A DNA stretch of 64,000 nucleotides from Thermodesulfobacteriota bacterium (GTDB lineage: Bacteria; Desulfobacterota_D; UBA1144; Nemesobacterales; Mycalebacteriaceae): contig CBDAQI010000001.1 in NCBI GenBank assembly GCA_965198945.1, positions 192,001 through 256,000 on the forward strand. Direction: 5' to 3'. Shown one piece after another: positions 43,285 through 52,517 of the stretch (its first letter is position 1; each line of letters begins with the position of its first letter). A program made the translations under genes and the position numbers. The notes beneath the pieces are model-generated. The model saw only the letters and a program-made list of their open reading frames with translations, was not told the origin of the DNA and searched no databases.

Positions 43285-44094
43285 ATGGCGGATGTTGCTT
43301 TTATAGGAGCGGGGAAAATGGCCGAAGCTATTGTAAGCCGCATTGTCGGATCGGGGCTTTTCCCGCCCGCCCGTGTTTTAATAAGTGATGTTGACGCCGC
43401 CCGCCTGTCCTGTGTCGGGAAAAAATACGGTGTTGCGGTTGCAGACGACAATGTTTTAGCTGTTGAGGAGGCGTCTTGTGTTGTGTTTGCAGTCAAACCG
43501 CAGGATATTGAACGGATTTTGAGAGATGCGTCCCGCGCCTCGCGCCTCGGAGAGAAGCTTTTTGTGTCAATCGCCGCCGGAATCGGGACTTCACATATTA
43601 AATCGTTTCTGGGGCAAAACAGCAGAGTTTTCAGAGTTATGCCGAACCTCCCGGTCATTGAGGGTGAAGGGGCGTCTGTTGTTTGCGGGTGGGGCGGGGA
43701 GGGTGATGTTGAAACCGTCAAAAAAATTTTCGGCTCGGTTGGCATAGTGGAGTTTATTGATGAAGATTTGATGGACGCTTTCACGGCATTGTCGGGAAGC
43801 GGGCCCGGATTTGCCGCCTTTTTTGCAGAGTCTCTTGCGTCTGCCGGAGAAAAACTCGGCATCGGTCCCGACGTGGCTCTCAGGTTTGCGGTTCAAACCC
43901 TTTTCGGTGCGGCGAAAGTGATGCGGAACGGAGTTTTGCCGGAAGATTTGAGAAAAATGGTTTCTTCTCCCGGAGGAACAACCCTTGCGGGTCTTGATGA
44001 GCTTGAAAAGTCGGGCTTTGCACCGGCGGTTGAAAAGGCTCTTGCGGCGGCACAGAAGCGTTCAAAGGAACTTTCAAAAGGAGGAGGAAAATAA
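43285..44094 (+). CDS. proC: Pyrroline-5-carboxylate reductase
   Basis: FIGAGKMA, RVMPN, SGSGP, VSSPGGTT. Confidence 0.96.
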   Translation: MADVAFIGAGKMAEAIVSRIVGSGLFPPARVLISDVDAARLSCVGKKYGVAVADDNVLAVEEASCVVFAVKPQDIERILRDASRASRLGEKLFVSIAAGIGTSHIKSFLGQNSRVFRVMPNLPVIEGEGASVVCGWGGEGDVETVKKIFGSVGIVEFIDEDLMDAFTALSGSGPGFAAFFAESLASAGEKLGIGPDVALRFAVQTLFGAAKVMRNGVLPEDLRKMVSSPGGTTLAGLDELEKSGFAPAVEKALAAAQKRSKELSKGGGK

Positions 44095-44384
44095 TGTTTG
44101 CCCAAAACACTGTTCTGGCGGTTGCGGATGTAATCAGTCTTGTTCTGGAAGTCTATACATGGCTTATAGTTGCGCGGGCTTTGATTTCCTGGGTTGACCC
44201 CAACCCTTACAACCCCATAGTCAATTTTCTTTACACGGTCACCGAGCCTGTTCTTGAGCGCGCCCGGCGCATAATCCCGCTGATTGGAGGGATAGATTTT
44301 TCACCGATAGCCGTGCTGCTTCTGATAATTGCTTTGAGGCGTATTGTTGTGGGCGCCCTCTACGGCATAGCTCAAGGATTGTAA
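44094..44384 (+). CDS. yggT: YggT family membrane protein
   Basis: ISWV.PNPYNP, TEP, IDFSP. Confidence 0.93.
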   Translation: MFAQNTVLAVADVISLVLEVYTWLIVARALISWVDPNPYNPIVNFLYTVTEPVLERARRIIPLIGGIDFSPIAVLLLIIALRRIVVGALYGIAQGL

Positions 44385-44399
44385 AAAAAAGGGGGGGTT

Positions 44400-44687
44400 A
44401 TGAAAGACGGTGTTGTGGTTGATGTCCATGTTGTTCCGGGTGCCGCGCGCGACGAATTTACGAGACTGTACGGAGGCAAACTGAAAATCAGGGTTGCCGC
44501 CCGTCCGATAAAAGGGCAGTCAAACGCAAGACTGATAAGGTTGCTGTCGGAAAGGCTGAAAATTCCCAAAAGCAGCATGGAAATACTCAAAGGCAGCGCG
44601 TCGCGCGGAAAAAAAATCAGAATAGAAGGCATAACCGAAAGTGGCTTCAGAAAATGTTTTTCCGAGTTCTACGGCGGAGACGTTTAG
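44400..44687 (+). CDS. DUF167 (YggU) family protein
   Basis: VHVVPGA, LKIRVAARP..GQSN; conserved position after yggT. Confidence 0.88.
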   Translation: MKDGVVVDVHVVPGAARDEFTRLYGGKLKIRVAARPIKGQSNARLIRLLSERLKIPKSSMEILKGSASRGKKIRIEGITESGFRKCFSEFYGGDV

Positions 44688-45460
44688 TGGCTCAAATACG
44701 GCTTGGAGGAAACATTGTTAGCTATGAGACGGCTTGTGCGTCTCCGCCCGCCGCGCAAACTGTTGTTATGCTTCACGGAGCCGGTCAAAGCTCAAAATGT
44801 TGGGAGAACCAGATTTCCACCCTTGCCGGTTGCACACGTTTTCCTTCTCTTGCGCTTGATTTGCCCGGACATGGAGGCTCAGCGGGGGAGGCGATTGATT
44901 CAATGGAAGACTGCGCCCGTTTTGTGGAGGATTTTTGCGAAGCTGCCGGAATAACGAGCCCGATATTTATAGGTCATTCAATGGGCGGAAGGATTGCGCA
45001 GCTGATTGCTCTTGGCTCCGCAGTCAGGCCGCTTGCGTGCGTGCTCGTAGCCACCGGAACACGCATAAGGGTTTCACGCTGGTCTTTGAAAACGGTTCGG
45101 AATGACTATAGAAATTTTTGCAGAACTGCGGCGCAAAATTCATTTAGTCCGCACACGCCCGCGCATATAAGGGAGGGTTTTTTCAAAAATCTTCTCAAAA
45201 CCCCCAAGGAATCCGTATATAAAGACCTGCTTGCGTGCGATGATTTTGATGTGTCGGAAGCTATCCGCCGTATTAGCGTTCCGACCGTTATTGTGGCGGG
45301 CTCGGATGATGTTCTGACTCCCTCAAAGCACACGGATTTTCTTCACAAAAGTATAAAAGGTTCAAAACTTTTCGTCATTGAGGAAGCGGGGCATTTTATG
45401 ATGATGGAAAAACCGGACGCTTTTAACAAGATAATGCTGGATTTTCTGAACCTGCTTTAG
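44687..45460 (+). CDS. Alpha/beta hydrolase
   Basis: LHGAG, DLPGHG, GHSMGG, AGH. Confidence 0.9.
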   Translation: MAQIRLGGNIVSYETACASPPAAQTVVMLHGAGQSSKCWENQISTLAGCTRFPSLALDLPGHGGSAGEAIDSMEDCARFVEDFCEAAGITSPIFIGHSMGGRIAQLIALGSAVRPLACVLVATGTRIRVSRWSLKTVRNDYRNFCRTAAQNSFSPHTPAHIREGFFKNLLKTPKESVYKDLLACDDFDVSEAIRRISVPTVIVAGSDDVLTPSKHTDFLHKSIKGSKLFVIEEAGHFMMMEKPDAFNKIMLDFLNLL

Positions 45461-45533
45461 ACCGGCTGGACTTTCGCGGGCTTTCTTTGTTTGTTAGAAT
45501 AAAGTCTTCAACCATTTTCAGGAGGATTAAACG

Positions 45534-46193
45534 ATGAAAATTTCTCTTTTAGGCGGCACGGGCGACATTGCGGAAGGTCTTGTTCTGCGGTGGTCAAAAG
45601 CCGGGCATGAAATACTTGTGGGTTCAAGAAGCAAGGAAAAAGCCGACACGATAACGGAAGGATATGTTGAAAAAATCAAGTCTCTTGGTGTTGAGCCGAA
45701 TGTTCAGGGCATGGAAAACGCCGAAGCGGCGGCAAATTCCGAGGTGATTGTAATAAGCATTCCGCCCGAATACGCTGCGGACACAATTGCGGCGCTCAAA
45801 GACGGCATAACAGACCAGATTGTCATAACCCCCGTTGTGCCGATGACGAAAAAGGGAAAAACTTTTCTGTTTTCTCCTCCGTCTCACGGTTCCAGCGCGC
45901 TTGAGATTAAGGAAAAGCTCCCCCCGACGGCGCGTCTTGTCTCCGCGTATCACAATCTTCCCGCAAAGGGGTTGAGCAATGTGGACAAAGACCTTAACGC
46001 AGATGTTGTTATCTGCGGTGATGATGAAGAGGCAAAGGCGGTTGTGGCAAAACTGACGGAAGATCTTTCGGGTCTCAGAACGCTTGACGCGGGCCCGCTT
46101 GAGGTCTCTCCTATGATAGAAGCGATTACACCGCTGATAGTGAATCTCAACATAAGCCACAAAAAACACTTTTCAGTGAAGTTTGTGGATTAG
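45534..46193 (+). CDS. npdG: NADPH-dependent F420 reductase
   Basis: LLGGTGDIAEGLVLRW, GSRS, GSSA, AYHNLPA, DAGPL. Confidence 0.88.
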   Translation: MKISLLGGTGDIAEGLVLRWSKAGHEILVGSRSKEKADTITEGYVEKIKSLGVEPNVQGMENAEAAANSEVIVISIPPEYAADTIAALKDGITDQIVITPVVPMTKKGKTFLFSPPSHGSSALEIKEKLPPTARLVSAYHNLPAKGLSNVDKDLNADVVICGDDEEAKAVVAKLTEDLSGLRTLDAGPLEVSPMIEAITPLIVNLNISHKKHFSVKFVD

Positions 46194-46580
46194 TGAATAA
46201 TTCCGGGCTTTGTCGCGGAAAATAACGGGATTACGGCTTGGTTTTAATGTGTCCCCGGGTTAGACGGGTATGATAAAATACGAGTTAACATAATCCCGCT
46301 TATCGGACTTTCTCAGAAGGGTAGAGTAGAAGAATTTTCTTCTCATTTGCATATGATAATAAATAGAAAATGGGAAGACATCAACGTCTTTTTTCCCGAG
46401 TGGGGAGTGGGATAGCGTCCCTTTGCACTTCGCTTGACTTGGCAGAAGCCGGGTAGTGGCAAAAACTTCTCCTGATAAAAGTCTTTTGTAAAGACAGTTT
46501 ACAATAGTCAGGTTAATTTTATCACAATCCGTCAAAATCCACGGAACAGAGTTTTGGCCGTCTGTTAAATAAAAAAAGAA

Positions 46581-46997
46581 TCAGCCGACCGTTTGAACAA
46601 TCACTTCGCGCGTTCTCGGACGGTTGTCAAAATCCACAAGAACAATTTGCTGCCATGTTCCGAACAGCAGGTGTGAATCTCCAAATGGCACGGACAGTGA
46701 TGCTCCAAGCAGCGCCGCTCTCACATGCGAGTGTCCGTTGCCGTCTCCCCATCGTGCGTTGTGAGCATATTCAATTTCCTGCGGCGCGATGCGTTCAAAT
46801 GCGGCTTTTAAGTCCGAGACGGCGCCGCTTTCAAACTCTATTGTCGTAACGCCCGCCGTTGACCCGGGCACAAAAACCGTTGCGGTTCCATCTGAAAATA
46901 CGGAAGAGCTGACAATTTCGCCGACCTGCGCCGTTATGTTTATGATGTCAGTGTCACCGCCGGTTGAGATTGAGAATGATTTTATTTCAGATGCCAT
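46581..46997 (-). CDS. yjbQ: YjbQ/UPF0047 family protein
   Basis: GSTAGVTTIE, YAHN, GNGHSH, GTWQQI. Confidence 0.92.
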   Translation of the reverse strand: MASEIKSFSISTGGDTDIINITAQVGEIVSSSVFSDGTATVFVPGSTAGVTTIEFESGAVSDLKAAFERIAPQEIEYAHNARWGDGNGHSHVRAALLGASLSVPFGDSHLLFGTWQQIVLVDFDNRPRTREVIVQTVG

Positions 46998-47068
46998 TGC
47001 GTTCTTTGTTCCTCCGGTGATTGGGTAGTATTTACAGGTTAATTCTACTATGAAACGGGAGAACGGTT

Positions 47069-48154
47069 ATGGCGTCAAGAAAAGAGATTGAGAATACGGA
47101 AGCACTGCTTGCGGAACTTACCGAAGCCGACGGTGTCGCGGGTTATGAGCGGGAAGTTTCCGCTGTTATCAAAAACCGTTTTGACAAGCTCGGCAAAGTT
47201 TCAAAAGACAGAATGGGAAGTCTGATTTGTGAGGCGCCGGGAAAGTCTTCTTCTCCTAAAATTATGCTTGCCGGGCACATGGATGAAATCGGTTTTATGA
47301 TTCGCTCCGTAACATCCGACGGTTTTTTGAAGTTCACGCCGCTCGGCGGCTGGTGGGATCAGGTGCTTCTGGCTCAGCGCGTGAAAATCAAAACGGCAAA
47401 GGGGGAAGTTGAGGGAGTAATTGGCGCGAAGCCTCCGCATCTAATCTCGCAGGATGAGCGTAACAAAACGGTTCAGAGAAAGCAGATGTATATAGACATC
47501 GGCGCCTCGTCTGATAAAGAGGTTGAAAAGGCGGGGGTGAGGGCGGGTGATCCCGTGGTTCCGGTTAGCAAGTTCACAAAACTTGCCAAAGACGGCGCTT
47601 ATATGGCGAAGGCGTTTGACGACAGGATAGGGTGCGCGGTTGTGATTTCGGCTCTTTCTGTTCTTGGCAAAAACCATCCGGGCACAGTTTACGGTGTGGC
47701 AACGGTTCAGGAAGAGGTCGGAGTGCGCGGAGCGACAACAAGCGTTGAGGCGGTTGACCCCGATGCGGCGATTATTCTTGAGTCCGACATTTCGGGTGAC
47801 GTTCCGGGCATAAGCAATGAGGAGTCATCCACAAAACTGGGCGGCGGCCCGTCGCTTCTGCTTTATGATGCGAGAATGATACCGAACCTCAAACTGCGCG
47901 ATCTTGTGATAGACACGGCTAAAAAGGGGAAGATTCCACTTCAGTTTGCCACAATGGAAGGCGGAGCAACCGACGGCGGGGCGATACATCTTCACAAGCA
48001 GGGTGTTCCGACTGTGGTTCTCGGTGTTCCCACAAGGCACATACACAGCCACAACTCAATAATTCAGAGAAGGGATTTTGAGAATGCGGTCAAACTGCTT
48101 GTGGCGGTGGTGAAGAAATTGGATGGGAAAACGGTGCAGGGCCTTGTGGGGTGA
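47069..48154 (+). CDS. M42 family (TET-type) aminopeptidase
   Basis: GHMDEIG, KAFDDR, QEEVG, GATDG, HIHS. Confidence 0.95.
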   Translation: MASRKEIENTEALLAELTEADGVAGYEREVSAVIKNRFDKLGKVSKDRMGSLICEAPGKSSSPKIMLAGHMDEIGFMIRSVTSDGFLKFTPLGGWWDQVLLAQRVKIKTAKGEVEGVIGAKPPHLISQDERNKTVQRKQMYIDIGASSDKEVEKAGVRAGDPVVPVSKFTKLAKDGAYMAKAFDDRIGCAVVISALSVLGKNHPGTVYGVATVQEEVGVRGATTSVEAVDPDAAIILESDISGDVPGISNEESSTKLGGGPSLLLYDARMIPNLKLRDLVIDTAKKGKIPLQFATMEGGATDGGAIHLHKQGVPTVVLGVPTRHIHSHNSIIQRRDFENAVKLLVAVVKKLDGKTVQGLVG

Positions 48155-48402
48155 AATATGGTCCTTTACAATCGTCTTTTGAAATGAAACCCCAAAAGCG
48201 AGAGAAAAATTTCATTCAATGTCAGAATTGTGGAAATAACGAATTTCTCGCATCAGCATCTGCCGTGGAGATTGTAAAATTTCCAAAGGATGACCCTTCA
48301 GAGTTTGATAATGTTACCAACAAGGATCATAGCATTGACTATGTTCAATGCCATGAATGCGGGAAAGAATTAGATTTGGACTCTATAGGATTTTATGGTT
48401 GA
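48151..48402 (+). CDS. Small zinc-ribbon protein
   Basis: CQNCG...CHECG; start may be ATG 48184. Confidence 0.55.
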   Translation: MKYGPLQSSFEMKPQKREKNFIQCQNCGNNEFLASASAVEIVKFPKDDPSEFDNVTNKDHSIDYVQCHECGKELDLDSIGFYG

Positions 48403-48403
48403 G

Positions 48404-48628
48404 ATGAGTTACGAACGTAACAAACTAAAAAAATTCAATATGCCAGATAGAGAAGACATGGAGAAATCTCTGCTCAAATTCCTTTTTAACAATAATGGGT
48501 CTATCAAAGAGTTTGGTTCAAAAGAAGCTATCGTTACGGATTTTAGTTTAAGTTCCTTCATTCTTTTTTCTCAAATCCCTATCTTCAAAAAATTTCCGAA
48601 TCCATGCACCCGGTTCTCCACAAATTAG
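48404..48628 (+). pseudogene. Truncated ORF, possibly a winged-helix (Mrr N-terminal-like) fragment
   Basis: MPDREDMEKSLLKFLF...IKEFG, then runs into the antisense of the neighbouring relic. Confidence 0.3.
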
Positions 48629-48823
48629 CAATGCATCCCTTTTAAAAGCCACACAATTGCCGACCTTTGCATTTCTAACAAACTCCTCATCGTTTGCAGA
48701 AATGCACTTTTTACATTTACTGCAAAAACGGATTTTTTCATCTTCCGTTTCCGTTCCGGCCAGATTTTCTCATAACAGCGGGCATTTGAAACTGAACTTG
48801 CATTTTTTGAATAAGTTTTCCAC
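48548..48823 (-). pseudogene. Small Cys-rich protein with internal stop
   Basis: VENLFKKCKFSFKCPLL*ENL...RFCSKCKK...GNCVAF; TGA at 48770-48772. Confidence 0.55.
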
Positions 48824-48920
48824 TCATTTAGTATCTTCCGGCTGATGTTTTGTTCCTTTCTGCTATGAGAGACTCAAACCGTATTTGACTTTTCTTTGTG
48901 AAATCACTACTGTAGTTCTC

Positions 48921-48991
48921 GGAAGCGCCTCCAGTCCGAATTGTGGTGTTTATCGCCCGCGTTCCCATAGCGGATAGGACTGGGGGCTTTC
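48921..48991 (-). ncRNA. Putative DUF3800-associated structured RNA
   Basis: GCCCCCAGTCC/GGACTGGAGGC stem (10 of 11 pairs) enclosing a TATCCGC/GCGGGCGATA hairpin and a single-stranded segment; begins right after the DUF3800 stop. Confidence 0.65.
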
Positions 48992-49621
48992 TTATTTAGG
49001 CCATATCTGAATATAGATTTCTCTGTGTGCTATTACTTTTCTGTATTCTTCTGCATGTTTTTTCCTGTTTTGAATTGACCTGTTAACGACACCTGCTATG
49101 TAATCGGCGAGTTGGAGAAGATTGTTGCTTGAAGATCTCTACATTTTTATTTTTTTGATTACGTTTCTATCTCTGTTTACGCGAGCTTTCAAATAGCGGG
49201 CAAGTTGACGACGGAAATCCGTATTACCGCTTTTGTCAATTAAAATTATGGCGTTATTTAGTTTTTCCTTCGCATTCTCAAACACAAGTCCACAAGTGTA
49301 TTTATAGAATGATTCTTTATTTCTGAAGCCGTCTCCGTATAGTTTTTCCGGATCTTTATTAATTGAGATCCCATAATAGAAAAAATTGTAAGGAGCCACT
49401 GATTTAAGAAAAGCGCAACGGATTCTGTGTGAATTTTGCTTAAAATGAAACTCTCTGTCTCTTTTCCATCCCAGTTCTTTCTTTAACAACTCTATTCTCT
49501 GGTCACAAGCATTCGCTTCTTCCATATCTTCAAACGCAACAAGCGCAACAGTGAAAAATCTGCTGGAACCCCGCTCAATTTTTAACCCTGAATCTCCGGA
49601 TTCATCTATAAAGACGAGCAT
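48992..49621 (-). pseudogene. DUF3800 domain protein (RNase H-like) with one in-frame TAG
   Basis: MLVFIDESGD, EFHF, IDKSG; TAG 49139-49141, then LLQLADYIAG to TAA 48992. Confidence 0.85.
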
Positions 49622-49622
49622 T

Positions 49623-50939
49623 TCATTTTTTCTTTGCTGGAAACGGGTCCTCAATCTCAGGATGCCAAAGTTTGAAATGGTCTTTGTGTAAATCCGTGTA
49701 TGCCCCCGGCGGGTAGAACTTGTCGTAGAAATCCAAATCAAGGTGGTGCGCCTGAAACATAAAACGTATGAACATCGGATCTGAAAACGCCGGAAACCTT
49801 CCATATGTTTCGTAGATGTAATTGCAAATGTCTTTTACAACCTGAATTTCCTCTTTGCCCGGGCGCACGGTTTTCTCATAAACCCCCTGCGGGTTTGTGT
49901 AGGGCATATTTTCCTTTTCCCAGTTGCTCCATTTCATATCGTTGAAAGCTTCAACCGCTTCGCCCATGTTTTTGTAATACGGCGGGCAGAAACCGTGAAA
50001 AAACCCGTCTTTTCCGACCGCGACGGGATTGGGGTTTGCGGTTTCCCCTTTCGGAGAAGGGTTTGTGAAAGTAAAGCCAAGCCCCTCAAAATCGTCCGAC
50101 ATTCCAAGCACAAACGGGCTCGCAAATCCGCTGAAAAGCCAGCCGCCGAGCCCCAATGCCTGAAGGGTCAGAGCCATGTTCTGCCCCAGAAACGCCTGCT
50201 CCGCTATGAAACCGTTTGCAAAACGCAGCTCCGCTTCTATCAGCGGCATGGTTTTGTCTTTGTCTATGAAACCGTTTTCCATCCATTTTTCAGTCCCCGG
50301 CGGACGCATTCCGTGCAATTCGTCCGCAAAATTGAATCTGTGTCCTTCGCGCATGTAGAAAAAATAGAGGTTGATTATGCAGGAAGTCAGGTCGGTTACG
50401 GGCATGAAAACCGTTGTTCCGGGTTTGTTCACATTCCACAGATTGTGCGTGGCGAGCCCCGGAGGCCTGTCGGGAATATCGGCTCTGCCTTCGCCTATTT
50501 TAATTTTTGATTCCCTGAAAAGCCGCACAATTTCGTCAATCCGCTTTTCAAGCGGCATTGTTTCCAGGCCCTCAAAATCTTCGGGTTTTCTGTCGTGCAT
50601 CTTTATCATGTATGAGCCGTCGTCATTTGTGTAAAACAACTCGGTTCTGTGCACGTCTCCGAGGGCCGGAATGGTTTTGCTTGTGAACTGAACTTCAAGG
50701 TCAAGCCCCAGATGAGGAGGAAAATCGGACAAGTTGATGTTTTTTATTCCAAGACCCGTCCAGACTATTATGGCCTCTTCAAGCTCGGAGAGCGGCTCCG
50801 GCTTGTGGGGGGACTTATACTCCAGAGGCCCCTCCGTGATTTCCATTCCAAGACCGAACCTTCTTGAACGCCTCTGGAAAACCGTGTCAAAGAAACCGTG
50901 TCGTATTGCTTTTTTCAAACCTTCGGGATATTTGCTCAT
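49623..50939 (-). CDS. Conserved hypothetical protein, nitroreductase-like fold
   Basis: RRSRRF and GQNMALTLQALGLGGW resemble nitroreductase FMN-binding segments. Confidence 0.6.
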   Translation of the reverse strand: MSKYPEGLKKAIRHGFFDTVFQRRSRRFGLGMEITEGPLEYKSPHKPEPLSELEEAIIVWTGLGIKNINLSDFPPHLGLDLEVQFTSKTIPALGDVHRTELFYTNDDGSYMIKMHDRKPEDFEGLETMPLEKRIDEIVRLFRESKIKIGEGRADIPDRPPGLATHNLWNVNKPGTTVFMPVTDLTSCIINLYFFYMREGHRFNFADELHGMRPPGTEKWMENGFIDKDKTMPLIEAELRFANGFIAEQAFLGQNMALTLQALGLGGWLFSGFASPFVLGMSDDFEGLGFTFTNPSPKGETANPNPVAVGKDGFFHGFCPPYYKNMGEAVEAFNDMKWSNWEKENMPYTNPQGVYEKTVRPGKEEIQVVKDICNYIYETYGRFPAFSDPMFIRFMFQAHHLDLDFYDKFYPPGAYTDLHKDHFKLWHPEIEDPFPAKKK

Positions 50940-51011
50940 AACAGTTGAAAGTGTAATCGGAAAAGCCGGTCAATCAAAAAACCGCACTCGGCCCGTGATA
51001 AAATTATCCGG

Positions 51012-52517
51012 ATGTCGCAGATACCCATATTGGAAAAAATTGAAGGCTACGGCGGGAAAACGGCAATCACTGATTCCGCGGGAGACTGCTCTTATTCAGA
51101 CCTCTCCGATATGTCTCTGCGCGCGGCGCACGCGCTTCAGGAATTTTGCGGTTTGCATGACCTCAAAGAGGGGTGTGTGGCCTTTATTTTCCCGAAAGGC
51201 AGACAATACGCGGCTCTCAAACTCGGAATATGGAGGGCGGGAGGCGTCTCCGTTCCGCTTTGCACAACGCATCCCGCAAAAGAAATTGAGTATGTGATTG
51301 AAAACACCTCCCCGCTTGCGGTTGTGTGCCACCCCAATTTTTCTGACAAACTCATGAATATTTGTTCGGACAAAGGTGTTGATTTTCTCTGCGGCAATGA
51401 GGCATTTGCGTCTGAACCCCCGTCATCGCTTCCCGATGTTTCTCCGTCACGCCGGGCGATGATTATTTACACAAGCGGCACGACAAGCCGCCCGAAAGGA
51501 GTTGTTACGACTCATGCAAATATTGACGCTCAAATAAACGCCATGGTGAAAGCCTGGGAATGGACTGATTCGGACAGTGTTTTGAATGTTCTGCCTCTGC
51601 ACCATCTTCACGGCATATTGAACCTTTTGCTCTGTCCGCTGAAAGTGGGGGCGAGATGTGAAATGGCGGATTTTGAGGCGTGTGAGGTCTGGAATCGGTT
51701 TATGTGCGGAGGCATAAACGTTTTTATGGCTGTGCCGACCATTTACGCAAAGCTCGCGGAATTTTGGGAAAACGCTCCCGCGGATGAGAAAAAATCCATG
51801 AGCGATGCATGCGGCGCCATGAGGCTTATGGTTTCGGGGTCGGCCGCTCTCACGGTCAAACTTTCCGGAAAATGGCAAACCATTTCCGGCCATGCTCTGC
51901 TTGAACGCTACGGTATGACGGAGACCGGGATGATTCTTTCAAACCCGCTCAAGGGGAAGAGAAAACCGGGTTTTGTCGGCAGACCGATGCCGGGGGTTGA
52001 AGCGCGGCTTTTTGATGAGCGGGGCCTTGCGCCCGCGCCCGGTGAGCCCGGAGAAATAAGGGTGAAAGGTAGGGGGGTTTTTCTTGAGTATTGGAGAAAT
52101 CCCGAAGCTACCGGCCGGGCGTTTTCAGACGGCTGGTTCAAAACCGGCGATGTTGCCGCGCTTGACCCTGACGGGTATTTTCAAATGCTGGGCAGAGAGT
52201 CTGTTGAAATAATAAAAACCGGCGGCTACAAGGTTTCCGCGCTTGAAGTTGAAAGGGAAATTCTTGAAAAAGACGGGATCTCAGAGTGTGCCGTTGTCGG
52301 AGTTGCAGACGAAGTCTGGGGGCAGAGAATCGCCGCGGTGGTCAGGCTTGAAGACGGAAAAGCGCTTTCGCCGGATGAGTTGAGGAATTGGCTGAAACCC
52401 CGCCTTGCTCACTATAAAATTCCCTCACTGCTCAAAACCGTTGATCAAATTCCCCGAAATGCTCTCGGAAAAGTTTTGAAGCCCGAACTTTCGCGCATTT
52501 GGAGGGAAAATAGTTGA
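51012..52517 (+). CDS. Acyl-CoA synthetase (MatB/ACSF3 malonyl-CoA synthetase-like)
   Basis: YTSGTTSRPKG, LPLHHLHG, ERYGMTE, TGD, PRNALGK. Confidence 0.88.
   Translation: MSQIPILEKIEGYGGKTAITDSAGDCSYSDLSDMSLRAAHALQEFCGLHDLKEGCVAFIFPKGRQYAALKLGIWRAGGVSVPLCTTHPAKEIEYVIENTSPLAVVCHPNFSDKLMNICSDKGVDFLCGNEAFASEPPSSLPDVSPSRRAMIIYTSGTTSRPKGVVTTHANIDAQINAMVKAWEWTDSDSVLNVLPLHHLHGILNLLLCPLKVGARCEMADFEACEVWNRFMCGGINVFMAVPTIYAKLAEFWENAPADEKKSMSDACGAMRLMVSGSAALTVKLSGKWQTISGHALLERYGMTETGMILSNPLKGKRKPGFVGRPMPGVEARLFDERGLAPAPGEPGEIRVKGRGVFLEYWRNPEATGRAFSDGWFKTGDVAALDPDGYFQMLGRESVEIIKTGGYKVSALEVEREILEKDGISECAVVGVADEVWGQRIAAVVRLEDGKALSPDELRNWLKPRLAHYKIPSLLKTVDQIPRNALGKVLKPELSRIWRENS

Noticed and set aside
46194..46580. 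IS200/IS605 or other transposase remnant
   Set aside because: No HUH/DDE motif or terminal repeats could be supported.
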